A stretch of DNA of 63,784 nt, the filler included, from Candidatus Omnitrophota bacterium (GTDB lineage Bacteria > Omnitrophota > Gorgyraeia > Zapsychrales > Zapsychraceae), in assembly GCA_015233495.1 (NCBI GenBank). It is 4 parts of 4 records of this genome, joined end to end, with 100 filler letters (N's around TTAATTAATTAA, not from the genome) between each part and the next. Parts side by side here need not be neighbours in the genome. Positions count along the whole stretch, not along the records: positions 1 to 17,284 come from JADFXQ010000039.1; 3 more parts are not named here. One strand, written 5' to 3'. Below, one piece after another: positions 7,698 through 17,384 of the stretch. Both the position numbers and the translations under genes were made by a program. Below the pieces are notes generated by a model that was given only the letters and a program-made list of their open reading frames with translations, had not been told where the DNA came from and made no database searches. Within the stretch, counting starts at the first letter, position 1. Every line of letters starts with the position of its first letter.

Positions 7698-8517
7698 TGA
7701 GCGGATAAAAGCCGTGGTAAAACTGCGGGACCGGCGCGAGCGCGACTTGCGGCAATTGACCATTGTCGAAGGTTGGAAAGAAGTCGCGGCCGCGTTGGCC
7801 GCCAACGTAGAAATGCGGGAGATATTTCTCTGCCCGGAGTTTGGACCGGCTCCGGAACAGATTAGCCGGTTGATCGCGCAAAAAAATATTCCGGTTTATG
7901 AAACCAACGCCGCGGTATTTGAAAAAATTAATTACGGCGAACGTCGGGAAGGAGGGTTGGCGCTGGTCGCGCCGCGTCTGCGGACATGGGAGGATTTGCC
8001 GGACCGGGGAGATTCCTGGTTCATCGCGGTGGAGTCGGTTGAGAAACCGGGAAATCTCGGCGCGATTTTGCGAACTGTCGACGCGGTCGGAGCGGATGGC
8101 TTGATTGTGTGTGATCCTAAAACGGATATTTTTAATCCGAATGTTGTACGCTCTAGTTTAGGAACGGTTTTTACCGTGCCGGTGGTGATCGCGGCCAGTC
8201 AGGACGCAGCGCTGAAAATGTTCCGGAAAAGACAATTACGCATATTCGCGGCTGTTCCGGACGCGGAAAAAGTTTACACGGAAAACGATTTAACGGGCAA
8301 GGCGGTTTTTTTGGTGGGAAGCGAGAGTGAAGGATTGAGCCCGTTTTGGTTAAAAGCGGCGGATGTTCGTTTACGGATTCCGATGGCCGGTCAGGCGGAT
8401 TCGTTGAACGTGTCGGTTGCCGCGGCCGTGATCGCGTATGAGAGTTTGCGACAGCGGAACGAGAAAGGAGACAGGAGAGAGGAGAGAGGGGAAAAGACAA
8501 GGGAGAAGCGAGGGTGA
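7669..8517 (+). CDS. TrmH/SpoU-family RNA 2'-O-methyltransferase
   Basis: EKPGNLGAILRT, GSESEGL and IPMAGQADSLNVSVA SPOUT motifs. Confidence 0.93.
   Translation: MPEKITSLHNERIKAVVKLRDRRERDLRQLTIVEGWKEVAAALAANVEMREIFLCPEFGPAPEQISRLIAQKNIPVYETNAAVFEKINYGERREGGLALVAPRLRTWEDLPDRGDSWFIAVESVEKPGNLGAILRTVDAVGADGLIVCDPKTDIFNPNVVRSSLGTVFTVPVVIAASQDAALKMFRKRQLRIFAAVPDAEKVYTENDLTGKAVFLVGSESEGLSPFWLKAADVRLRIPMAGQADSLNVSVAAAVIAYESLRQRNEKGDRREERGEKTREKRG
8457..8515. repeat. Degenerate purine-rich heptamer tandem tract in the TrmH 3' end
   Basis: GAGAAAG GAGACAG GAGAGAG GAGAGAG GGGAAAA GACAAGG GAGAAGC shows 7-nt periodicity. Confidence 0.7.
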
Positions 8518-9239
8518 TGAAAAACGCGACTGAAACAGTGCGGCTGAATGTTTTTCTTTCCCGGCACGGGGTTTGTTCCCGGCGGGACGCGATGCAATTT
8601 GTTTTGCAGGGCCGGGTACGCATTGCGGGCGCGGTGGTCAGGGAACCGTCGAGTCCGGTGGCCATGACCGCGGAAGATATCGCGGTAGACGGCAAACTGG
8701 TTAAGGCGGAAAAATATTCTTATATCATGCTGAATAAACCAGCCGGCTATACCACGACCAAGTCCGACCGGTACGCGGAAAAAGTCGTGTATGAACTTTT
8801 GCCGCCTGAATACCGGCAGTTGCCTACAGCCGGGCGTCTTGATCAGGACAGCGAAGGGTTGTTGTTGTTTACTAATGACGGCGACGTGAATCTGATATTG
8901 ACCCATCCGCGGTATAACGCGGATAAGGTCTACGTTGTGGTTATGCGCGGCGAGCTGACCCGGGAAGAAAAACGGCAAATTGAAAGCGGCGTAATCGTCG
9001 AAGGCAAGAAAACCGCGCCGGCGCGGATTTCGGATGTGGTAATTAAAAACGGGCAAACGCAAGCCAGAATCAAAATTCATGAAGGCCGCAAACGCCAAGT
9101 CCGGCGCATGTTCGCGGCCGTTGGGCACGAGGTCATTAAATTGGTCCGCATGTCCCAGGGGCCGCTGGTTTTGGGAAATTTAGCCGTCGGTAAATGGCGG
9201 CATTTGACTGCGGCGGAAGTGAAGGCTTTAAAAATATGA
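8514..9239 (+). CDS. rRNA pseudouridine synthase, RsuA/RluB family
   Basis: S4 domain (CSRRDA), LNKPAGY, GRLDQDSEGLLL and EGRKRQVRRM motifs. Confidence 0.93.
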   Translation: MMKNATETVRLNVFLSRHGVCSRRDAMQFVLQGRVRIAGAVVREPSSPVAMTAEDIAVDGKLVKAEKYSYIMLNKPAGYTTTKSDRYAEKVVYELLPPEYRQLPTAGRLDQDSEGLLLFTNDGDVNLILTHPRYNADKVYVVVMRGELTREEKRQIESGVIVEGKKTAPARISDVVIKNGQTQARIKIHEGRKRQVRRMFAAVGHEVIKLVRMSQGPLVLGNLAVGKWRHLTAAEVKALKI

Positions 9240-11188
9240 TAAATCTTTTGAACATCTCGATGGGCTTCACCCAGCGGACGCTTTTTAAGGATGTCACGCT
9301 GAGCATTTTTCCGAAGGAAAAGATCGGGTTGACCGGTCCGAACGGGGCGGGAAAAAGCACTTTATTTTCGATTATCCGAGGGGAAATGGAACCCGTAGCC
9401 GGGTCTATCCAGATTCAGCGCAATATTAATATCGGGCATTTGCCTCAGGAAGCTAAATTTCATTCCACGAAAACGGTTTTGCAAGAAATGACGGAAGGCG
9501 ATGATCGGATCCGCCAATTGATGGAAGAAAAGCGCCGGCTGGAAGATGAAGATAAGGCCGGCGGCAACCGCTATGGCGATGTTTTGCATGAACTGGAAGT
9601 TTTAGGGATTTACGACTTGGAACATAAGGCCGAGAAAATTTTAGCCGGTTTGGGGTTTAAGCCGGAAGATGTTCATAAGCCGATCACCCAGCTCAGCGGC
9701 GGCTGGCAGATGCGGACTTTGTTGGCAAAATTGCTGGTTTATCCTTTTGATTTGCTTTTACTCGACGAGCCGACGAATTATCTGGATTTGGAAGCGACTT
9801 TATGGCTGAAAGATTTTTTAGGCTCTTATCCGGGCGCGTTTGTGTTGATTTCGCATGACCGCGTTTTTCTTAACAGTGTCACGAATTACACGATCCTGCT
9901 CGAAGGCGCCAAGATGATCAAGATGAAAGGCAATTATGAGGAATACGAAGAGCAAAAAGAAATCCAATTGAAGACTTTGGAGAAACAGCAAAAAGTTGTG
10001 GAAAAAAAACGCCAGCAGTTAGAACGGTTCACCGAGCGGTTTCACGCCCAGCCGAACCGGGCTTCGGCGGTGCGCAATAAACGCAAGATGCTGGAGCGCC
10101 TGGAAGAGATCGATTTGCCGCAGGAGCATCGCAGCATTGGGGTGTTTGAATTTTCCGATGTGCCGGAAAGCGGCTATGTCGTGGCGCGGTTGGATAAAAT
10201 ATGCAAGGCCTACGGCGAGAAAAAAATTTATGAGAATTTGGACTTTGAAATCATCCGCGGTCAAAAAGTCTGTTTGGTCGGCCCGAACGGCGCGGGGAAA
10301 TCCACGCTGTTAAAAATGCTGGCCGGTGTCGTGTTGCAGGACTCGGGCGAAGTCCGTTATGGCCATAACGTAAGTGTGGGATATTTTTCCCAGTCGCGGT
10401 TGGATGTCCTTCAGCCCGAGCGCACCGCTTTCGACGAAGTCATGGCCAATGCGGGCTCCGGAACGCCGGCGGTTAAAGCCCGGTCTCTCTTGGGGCTGTT
10501 TAATTTTCATGGCGACGACGTGTTTAAGACGGTCAAGATCCTTTCCGGCGGGGAGAAAAGCCGGGTGATCCTGGCTAAACTGCTCATCAACCCGCCCAAT
10601 TTTATGCTTTTGGACGAACCGACTACCCATCTTGACCTGGACGGGATTAAGGCTTTGACTGCCGCGTTTCAGAATTTTACCGGCACGGTATGTTTTATCA
10701 GCCACGATTTGTATTTTATCCGGGAGATTTCCGATTGTATTGTCGACGTCAACCGCGGGCAGATTAAGACGTATCCCGGCGGTTTGGAATATTATTTGGA
10801 TAAAAAATACGGCCGCGTCCCGCAGGGCGACGGTTGGGCGCGTTTGCCCACGGACCGCGAAAAAGCGGCGAAAACCCCCAAGCCGGAGAAGAATGCCGCG
10901 GCGCCTTCCGGCGAAAAAACCGCGCTCGCGGCGCTGGCCGCGGAGCATAAACAGGCTTTGCAGCGGATGGACGCCATTCGTAAAGAAATCGCGGCTTTGC
11001 GGCAGGAAGATAAACAATTGGAAACCGAAAGTTACGTCAAATCGCGCCAGATGACCGAGTCTTACGGCCGGGACGCGGCCGCGATCAAAGAAAGCGGCCG
11101 CCGGCTCAAGGAGATTCAATCGCGGCGTCGGGAAATTGAGACAACTCTTGAAGCTTTAGACGCGGAGAAACGGCTCATCAGTAAGTGA
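9236..11188 (+). CDS. ABC-F family ATPase (ribosome-associated)
   Basis: Two NBDs (GPNGAGKST twice, LSGGW/LSGGE, LLDEPT twice), no TM segments, C-terminal coiled coil. Confidence 0.93.
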   Translation: MINLLNISMGFTQRTLFKDVTLSIFPKEKIGLTGPNGAGKSTLFSIIRGEMEPVAGSIQIQRNINIGHLPQEAKFHSTKTVLQEMTEGDDRIRQLMEEKRRLEDEDKAGGNRYGDVLHELEVLGIYDLEHKAEKILAGLGFKPEDVHKPITQLSGGWQMRTLLAKLLVYPFDLLLLDEPTNYLDLEATLWLKDFLGSYPGAFVLISHDRVFLNSVTNYTILLEGAKMIKMKGNYEEYEEQKEIQLKTLEKQQKVVEKKRQQLERFTERFHAQPNRASAVRNKRKMLERLEEIDLPQEHRSIGVFEFSDVPESGYVVARLDKICKAYGEKKIYENLDFEIIRGQKVCLVGPNGAGKSTLLKMLAGVVLQDSGEVRYGHNVSVGYFSQSRLDVLQPERTAFDEVMANAGSGTPAVKARSLLGLFNFHGDDVFKTVKILSGGEKSRVILAKLLINPPNFMLLDEPTTHLDLDGIKALTAAFQNFTGTVCFISHDLYFIREISDCIVDVNRGQIKTYPGGLEYYLDKKYGRVPQGDGWARLPTDREKAAKTPKPEKNAAAPSGEKTALAALAAEHKQALQRMDAIRKEIAALRQEDKQLETESYVKSRQMTESYGRDAAAIKESGRRLKEIQSRRREIETTLEALDAEKRLISK

Positions 11189-11197
11189 GAGGGATTT

Positions 11198-12115
11198 ATG
11201 TGGACAATATCAGGACCCAAGCTGGACCAAAGCGGCCGCATTTGCCGGATAGGGATCGCGGTAGCCAGTTGCTTAGTTTTGGCAGGTTGTTCGACGGTTG
11301 TCCGGCCCAAAGCGGTTGCGGCCCCGCCGGCAGAGGCCTTGCCGTATTTTGACCGAATAACTGCGGTTGTAAAATCCGTGGATTATTCCGGGTATCATGC
11401 TATGGTCAACCCGGAAGTGGCGCTGAACATTGATTTTGCCAATCAGACCTGGTCTTTGAGCAATCTTTTTAAATATGACAGCCAGGGAGAAATATTATTG
11501 GAAGAAGGCCGCTATGGTTTATGCGGCCGTTTAGCGGCCCATGTTTATCGGCAGATCAAACCATGGCTGCAAAAAGAATTTGAAATAAAATTTATTCAGG
11601 CCGCGGAACCGACTTTTTTTTCCGGGCCGCGTTCTTCGCACATGATTTTGGCCATGGTCAATAAAAATGACGGCCGCCAGTTTTTTATTGACCCGAGTTT
11701 CCATAAATACGGGACGAAAGAAGTATTTTCCGGTTATCAATTTTTAGAGATCCGAGATTCTCTATCCATGTTCGCCGACCGCGCGACCGGTTTAGCTTTT
11801 AAACTGGGGCAGGCGCATCCGTTGTTAATCCGGGAGGGTCTACTCGTCTCTTTTTCCGTGACTTCGGTCGATGATAAATTTGATTTAGACAATTTTTTCC
11901 TGGCGATCACGGTTAACCGCCCCTATGAAATCATCGGCAAAGATATTGCGGTTATCGGCCGTTACAACGGCCGATTTGAATCTTTTCAAGACCCGGTTTT
12001 GTTAAACCGTTTATTACGACCGGATGAAGTGGATAAGATTTATAAAAAATTCCACGCTTGGCTGAAAAAGCTTTTTCCCAATGAAGCCGGGCAATTGACC
12101 GCCGCGCCGGGATAA
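11198..12115 (+). CDS. Putative lipoprotein with a transglutaminase/papain-like Cys-His-Asp arrangement
   Basis: LAGC lipobox; GLCGRLA...SHMILAM...FFIDPSF. Confidence 0.55.
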   Translation: MWTISGPKLDQSGRICRIGIAVASCLVLAGCSTVVRPKAVAAPPAEALPYFDRITAVVKSVDYSGYHAMVNPEVALNIDFANQTWSLSNLFKYDSQGEILLEEGRYGLCGRLAAHVYRQIKPWLQKEFEIKFIQAAEPTFFSGPRSSHMILAMVNKNDGRQFFIDPSFHKYGTKEVFSGYQFLEIRDSLSMFADRATGLAFKLGQAHPLLIREGLLVSFSVTSVDDKFDLDNFFLAITVNRPYEIIGKDIAVIGRYNGRFESFQDPVLLNRLLRPDEVDKIYKKFHAWLKKLFPNEAGQLTAAPG

Positions 12116-12207
12116 GAAAAAATCGCAAGAGCGGATGAGAAAATCAGCGCTGAATGATACAATAGATTTGCGCCGCGTTATGGGAAATAGAGGATGGTCG
12201 GAGGATT

Positions 12208-12582
12208 ATGATGAATAAAACCTTGGGTTGGCTCTTGATCGGGTTGGCTTTTTGCGGTTGTGCCAAGTTGCAATATCTGCCGGAACTCTTGACCCTGAAA
12301 GACCTCTCAGAAAGCAAAGCACGGACCACGCTTTATATCGACTCGCAAAATCAGAAATTCGCCAATATGCTAGCCGCGGCCAAACGGGGCGAGTTGAAAC
12401 AATACCACACGAAAAAAGAATTTCAGACTGCGTTTGGCGATCCGGTGATGACGCGTTCCATTCAGCGCGGCGGAAAAATTTTGACGGAATGTTTATACCG
12501 CAGACAGACAGATTATTTTGCGAGGGACAAAATTTATCTTTATTTTGATAAAGAGGATCGTTTGGTGGATACGCAGTTTTAG
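12208..12582 (+). CDS. Putative lipoprotein (SmpA/BamE-like C-terminus)
   Basis: FCGC lipobox; TKKEFQTAFGDP...IYLYFDKEDRL pattern. Confidence 0.55.
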   Translation: MMNKTLGWLLIGLAFCGCAKLQYLPELLTLKDLSESKARTTLYIDSQNQKFANMLAAAKRGELKQYHTKKEFQTAFGDPVMTRSIQRGGKILTECLYRRQTDYFARDKIYLYFDKEDRLVDTQF

Positions 12583-12638
12583 ACCGCCCCAGCGCGGCGG
12601 GAGCGTCCGAAACGATTTAAGATAAACGAGGATTAAGG

Positions 12639-13928
12639 ATGTTTATTATCTTAATGATTATTGCCATTGCCATCTGCGGTTTGCAGGTGATCATATTGTG
12701 GCGATTGCCTTCAGGGAACGGAGGCCGCTTCGGGGCCGCCTTGGCCGCTTTGGAAAAAGGGCAAGAGCGCGCCGAACTCCTGGTGCGCGAAGAGATGAAC
12801 CGCAACCGCGACGGGACGCGCAAAGAGCTGGAAGCTTTGCGCGCGGCTTTGTCCGGCCAGGTAATCTCATTGACCCAGATGAACGAGCAGAAACTTGAGC
12901 GGGTGCGGGACGTGGTGGACCTGGGGTTAAAATCTTTGCAGGAAGATAACAGCCGCAAATTAGAGCTGATGCGCCAAACGGTTGACGAAAAGTTGCACAC
13001 CACTTTGGAAAAACGACTGGCCGAGTCGTTTCGTTCCGTGGGAGAACAGTTGGAGAAAGTGCACAAAGGTTTAGGCGAGATGCAGAACTTGGCGGTGGGC
13101 GTGGGGGATTTGAAAAGAGTGTTGTCGAACGTGAAAACCCGCGGGATTTTAGGCGAGGTGCAGCTGGGCAATTTGCTGGAAAATATTTTAGCGTCGGACC
13201 AGTATGAACGCAATGTGATGCTCAAACCTAACAGCCGTGACGCGGTGGATTTCGCGCTGAAGTTTCCTGCCAAGGATGGACAAGTTCTCTGGCTTCCCGT
13301 AGACGCGAAATTTCCGACTGAGGATTATGTGCGTATGCAGGAGGCGCAGGAGTTGGGCGATCCGGTCGCGGTTGAGGAAGCGGCAAAGGCATTAGAGCGG
13401 CAAATCAAAGTCGAAGCCAAAACCATCCGCGATAAATACATCGACCCGCCGCGCACCACGGATTTTGGGATTATGTTTTTACCTACCGAAGGATTATACG
13501 CCGAGGTTTTACGCCGGCCGGGTCTTTTTGAATCCCTGCAATATGATTACCGGATCACCGCAGTAGGCCCGACAACAATTTGCGCTTTTTTGAACAGCTT
13601 GCAGATGGTGTTTCGCAATATCGCCATTGGCAAGCGGGCGGATGAAGTGGTGCAGTTGCTGCGGACGATCAAAGGCGAATTCGGCAAATTTGAAGAGATT
13701 TTACAGCGAGTGCACGACAAAATCCAGGAGGCGGGGAACATTGTCGACGATGCGGCGAGCAAGACGCGCAATATTACCAAAAAATTGCAGAAAGTGGAAT
13801 TATTGCCGGGAGCGCCAGACTCGCCGCAGCCCACGGCAGACAGCGGGCCGCAAACCGGGGACGGGGCAATAGGCACGGCAGGCAGCGGGCCGAAGCGCGT
13901 CGATGCGGGCCGGGAGGATGGAGGATAA
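12639..13928 (+). CDS. rmuC: DNA recombination protein RmuC
   Basis: N-terminal TM, coiled coil, NVKTRGILGEVQL, PVDAKFP and MFLPTEGLYAE motifs. Confidence 0.93.
   Translation: MFIILMIIAIAICGLQVIILWRLPSGNGGRFGAALAALEKGQERAELLVREEMNRNRDGTRKELEALRAALSGQVISLTQMNEQKLERVRDVVDLGLKSLQEDNSRKLELMRQTVDEKLHTTLEKRLAESFRSVGEQLEKVHKGLGEMQNLAVGVGDLKRVLSNVKTRGILGEVQLGNLLENILASDQYERNVMLKPNSRDAVDFALKFPAKDGQVLWLPVDAKFPTEDYVRMQEAQELGDPVAVEEAAKALERQIKVEAKTIRDKYIDPPRTTDFGIMFLPTEGLYAEVLRRPGLFESLQYDYRITAVGPTTICAFLNSLQMVFRNIAIGKRADEVVQLLRTIKGEFGKFEEILQRVHDKIQEAGNIVDDAASKTRNITKKLQKVELLPGAPDSPQPTADSGPQTGDGAIGTAGSGPKRVDAGREDGG
13816..13892. repeat. Degenerate heptamer tandem tract in the RmuC 3' end
   Basis: CAGACTC GCCGCAG CCCACGG CAGACAG CGGGCCG CAAACCG GGGACGG ... 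CAGGCAG CGGGCCG; encodes a low-complexity tail. Confidence 0.6.
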
Positions 13929-14656
13929 TGGCGGGAAGTTTGACGCAAGCAAAGTCCATTCGTTGGGATTATCAGAATATTTTTTCCGCGGGAGTGATCA
14001 GTTTTACCACAGAGCGCGGCGTGGATTTTACCCGTCGGATGACCGATTCCGGGTTGGATGAGGAACAAACGGATTTTCTTAGCCAGACGTGCGGCCGGGA
14101 ACCGCAGGGGTATTTCAGCCAGGCGCAAATTCACGGCGACCGGATTCTCATCGCTGCGCGGCACGGCCGGTTGTTGCCGCATTCGGAAGCTGACGCGGTT
14201 TTGACTAAAGAAAAGAATTTTTTTGTCGGGGTGCGCACCGCGGATTGTTTGCCGGTTTTGCTCTTGGATCCGCGGCAACGCGGTGTCGCCGCGGTTCATG
14301 CCGGTTGGCGTTCAACCGCGAAAAATATCGCGCAAAAAACCATAGCGGTCATGCGTCGCGAGTGGGGGACGAATCCGCGGGAGGTATGCGCGGCATTGGG
14401 TCCGGCGATTCGGACATGTTGTTATGAAGTCGGTCTGGAAGTCACCCAGGCTTTTTGCCGCAATTATTTTACGCGGGAAGGCAAGACTTATTTTGATTTA
14501 GCGGCGGAAAACCGGGACCAGTTGACCGCAGCCGGGATAGCGGCCGATCATATTTTTGATTGCGGTATTTGTTCCTGCTGCGATCCGCGGTGTTTTTCTT
14601 ACCGCCGGGAAAAGGAAAAAGCCGGGCGGATGTATTCTTTGATTCAACTCGTTTAA
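13928..14656 (+). CDS. pgeF: YfiH/PgeF family purine nucleoside phosphorylase / peptidoglycan editing factor
   Basis: QIHG, TADCLPVLL, AVHAGWR, GPAI..CCYEVG and FSYRR motifs. Confidence 0.92.
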   Translation: MAGSLTQAKSIRWDYQNIFSAGVISFTTERGVDFTRRMTDSGLDEEQTDFLSQTCGREPQGYFSQAQIHGDRILIAARHGRLLPHSEADAVLTKEKNFFVGVRTADCLPVLLLDPRQRGVAAVHAGWRSTAKNIAQKTIAVMRREWGTNPREVCAALGPAIRTCCYEVGLEVTQAFCRNYFTREGKTYFDLAAENRDQLTAAGIAADHIFDCGICSCCDPRCFSYRREKEKAGRMYSLIQLV

Positions 14657-14672
14657 AAACCTGGGATGGGAA

Positions 14673-15062
14673 ATGATTGTTATATTAGTAACGGCAAAAG
14701 ATCGTCGGCAAGCCGGGAAAATTGCCGCGGCTTTAGTCGGGGAAAAATTGGCGGCGTGTGTTTATATCGTTCCGGAAGGGGAATCGTTTTTCTTTTGGGA
14801 ACAGCAGCTGCGGCGTTCCCGGGAAGTTTTATTAATTATTAAAACGGAAAAAGTATTGTTTTCTTTGGTCCGGGATAGGGTAAAATCACTACACAGCTAT
14901 CAAGTTCCGGAAATAATTGCTTTGCCGGTGCTGGCCGGCGATCCGGCTTATGCGCAGTGGGTGAGCGGCGCGGTAAAATGTCCGGCATTCCGGGCGGGTT
15001 TTCCCGGTAAGCGGCCACTTAAAAGACGCCAGACTAAGACGAGCAAAGCACAGAAAGGTTGA
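14673..15062 (+). CDS. cutA: Divalent-cation tolerance protein CutA
   Basis: LVGEKLAACV...E.LLIIKT...LHSYQVPEIIALP. Confidence 0.9.
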   Translation: MIVILVTAKDRRQAGKIAAALVGEKLAACVYIVPEGESFFFWEQQLRRSREVLLIIKTEKVLFSLVRDRVKSLHSYQVPEIIALPVLAGDPAYAQWVSGAVKCPAFRAGFPGKRPLKRRQTKTSKAQKG

Positions 15063-15064
15063 TT

Positions 15065-15568
15065 ATGCAAAAATGGCGGATTTGGCTATTGGTGTTGTTT
15101 TTCGGCGTGGCATTGTCCACGACATTAGCGGCCGCGCAGTTTTTATTGTTTCCGAATTTTCGGATCGGGAAAACCGCTCCGGATTTTAAATTAAAGACCA
15201 TCACAGGGAAGGACGCGGCTTTTTCAGCCGTGCGAGCCGGAGGCAATACGGTTTTATTTTTTTGGACAACCTGGTGCCCGAATTGCAGCCGCGAAATCGC
15301 CGCTTTGGATGAGAAGATTAATAAGTTGAAGGCCGACAACATTCAAATGGTTTTAGTCGATGTCGGTGAAGAGAGTCGTTTAGTGGCGAAGTATGCCGCT
15401 GAGCGTAAACTGCCGCCGGAAATTTTGCTGGATGAAGACGGCGCGGTCAGCACCCAATATGGCGTGGTGGGCATACCGACTTATGTGTTTATTGATAAAA
15501 AAGGCGTGATCCGCGGAATTGAAAACGTCTTTCCGGAAGATTACCAAGCTTTTTTCCGCCCCTCTTAA
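15065..15568 (+). CDS. TlpA/ResA-like thiol-disulfide oxidoreductase
   Basis: Signal/TM, APDFKL, FWTTWCPNC and GIPTYVFID motifs. Confidence 0.9.
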   Translation: MQKWRIWLLVLFFGVALSTTLAAAQFLLFPNFRIGKTAPDFKLKTITGKDAAFSAVRAGGNTVLFFWTTWCPNCSREIAALDEKINKLKADNIQMVLVDVGEESRLVAKYAAERKLPPEILLDEDGAVSTQYGVVGIPTYVFIDKKGVIRGIENVFPEDYQAFFRPS

Positions 15569-15577
15569 GCAGGCGGT

Positions 15578-17098
15578 TTATTTTTCCCCGCTATTCTGCA
15601 AAGAAATATGATCTTCCAAATGCGCCGCTGACCTTAATTTCACTAAAAATTCATTGAACGCCAGCAGGTGTTTTTGCCGCAGCAGCGATTCGGTAATTTT
15701 TTCTTTTTGGGCCTCGAATTGCGCGGGGTCGGCCGGCGCTTTATCGTCCAAATGAATAAAGCAAAATCCGTTAGGGATTTCGATAACGGAACTGATCCGG
15801 TCAGCTTTAGTCAAGGCAAAGGCGGCTTCTTGAAATTTGGGAGACGGCCCAAGCTTCGCGAGATAATCACCGCGGACGAACAGGGGTGTCGGCAAAACAT
15901 TAAGGTTGAGTTTCTGCGCGGTTTTGCGAAAATCCTCCGCGGACGCGTCCGCCGGCAGTTCGGCGTGGATTTTGGTCAGCGTTTCCGCGGCCTTTTCTCG
16001 GGCAAGGACCAAGGCTTTTTGCGTCAAGACTTTTTGCCGCACCTCTTCTTGAATCGTGTTGTACTCCGGAGTTGCAGACGGTTTCCATTCTTTTATCTTC
16101 ACGCAATCCACGCCATCGGTAGTTTCAAAGATTGTGACCGGGTCATTTTTGTCCAATTGAAAAAGCCGGGTCAATTGGTCATAGGACCAGCCTAAGCTCA
16201 AATTGGGCTGATCCATGGAAAAGAAACCGCTGGTCAAAAGCGGTACGCTGTATTTTTCGCTGATATTTTCTAAACCGGTTTTTTGCCGCATTTCCTGAAA
16301 TATGACTTTGGCCTGGTCGCGGGTTTTATCTTTAGCGGTTTCATCGGCTGATTTTTTCTCCGCGCCCGGCTTGACCGCCTCCGGCGGCGGCGCAAACGCC
16401 AGGTGCAGGTATTCGACGTTGATCATCGGCGGCCGGGTAAATTCCGCCGTATGTTGGCCGAAATATTCTTTGGCTTCGCCATCCGTGGCGTTGACGGATT
16501 GCTTAAAATCTTCGGCCAGGAAAGGCACGTAACTTACCTGCGCTTTTTCGTTTTTATTGTTGTAAACGGCCAGGGCATCCTGGTCGGTGACGACAAACGG
16601 GCTGGTCACGGCGTCAAACAATTTGGCGATCGCGATTGAGTCGCGGGTCGCTTCTTCGAATGCCCGCGCCGGCATCCGGAACGTCTGGCGGAGGATCATA
16701 TCATACATCCGGCTGTCGAACTGCCCGTTGCTTTGAAAGAACGGGATCGACTGAATTTTTTCCACCACTTCGGAGTCGGCAACCTGGATCCCGCGGTTTT
16801 TTGCTTCCGCTAAAAGGATCAGCCGGTCCCAAGTTTCGGCGTCGAGATTCAAGGTCTGCTGCAGGGAATAAAATTCCTTGCCGTAACGCATCAGCCCTTG
16901 GGCAACCACGGCCCGGTGATGCCGGTCAAAATCCTCCAGCGTGATTTTTTTATTGAAGATTTTTCCGGCGCTGTTGGACTTGTCTTTGCGGGTGAGCAAA
17001 GTCGCAGTTCCAAACAACCCGAAGGACAGGATGATCAGATTGGCAATGATCCAAACAACTTTTTTCATGATCCCTTTTTTGCGGATAAGCTTGAGCAT
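15578..17098 (-). CDS. SurA N-terminal domain / PpiD-like periplasmic chaperone
   Basis: MLKLIRKK plus TM; LILLAEAKNRGIQVADSEV...FQSNGQFD SurA_N pattern; degenerate rotamase-like C-terminal region. Confidence 0.82.
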   Translation of the reverse strand: MLKLIRKKGIMKKVVWIIANLIILSFGLFGTATLLTRKDKSNSAGKIFNKKITLEDFDRHHRAVVAQGLMRYGKEFYSLQQTLNLDAETWDRLILLAEAKNRGIQVADSEVVEKIQSIPFFQSNGQFDSRMYDMILRQTFRMPARAFEEATRDSIAIAKLFDAVTSPFVVTDQDALAVYNNKNEKAQVSYVPFLAEDFKQSVNATDGEAKEYFGQHTAEFTRPPMINVEYLHLAFAPPPEAVKPGAEKKSADETAKDKTRDQAKVIFQEMRQKTGLENISEKYSVPLLTSGFFSMDQPNLSLGWSYDQLTRLFQLDKNDPVTIFETTDGVDCVKIKEWKPSATPEYNTIQEEVRQKVLTQKALVLAREKAAETLTKIHAELPADASAEDFRKTAQKLNLNVLPTPLFVRGDYLAKLGPSPKFQEAAFALTKADRISSVIEIPNGFCFIHLDDKAPADPAQFEAQKEKITESLLRQKHLLAFNEFLVKLRSAAHLEDHISLQNSGEK

Positions 17099-17284
17099 GG
17101 CGATATTCCCTTTCTGAATAATGTAAAAATATTCCCGTAGTGTAGCACAGAATTATAAAAAATTAAACTTTTCGAGAGTCAAAAAATTTTTAGCACCGCA
17201 ACGCTATTTGGCCGTCTTTGCGTAGCGGGTCCGCCTGCCGGACTGCGGCCAACCGCGCCGAAAAATAGGGAACGGTCAATAGAT

Positions 17285-17384
17285 NNNNNNNNNNNNNNNN
17301 NNNNNNNNNNNNNNNNNNNNNNNNNNNNTTAATTAATTAANNNNNNNNNNNNNNNNNNNNNNNNNNNNNNNNNNNNNNNNNNNN
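17285..17384. other. Artificial contig linker
   Basis: N44-TTAATTAATTAA-N44 (stops in all six frames). Confidence 0.98.
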
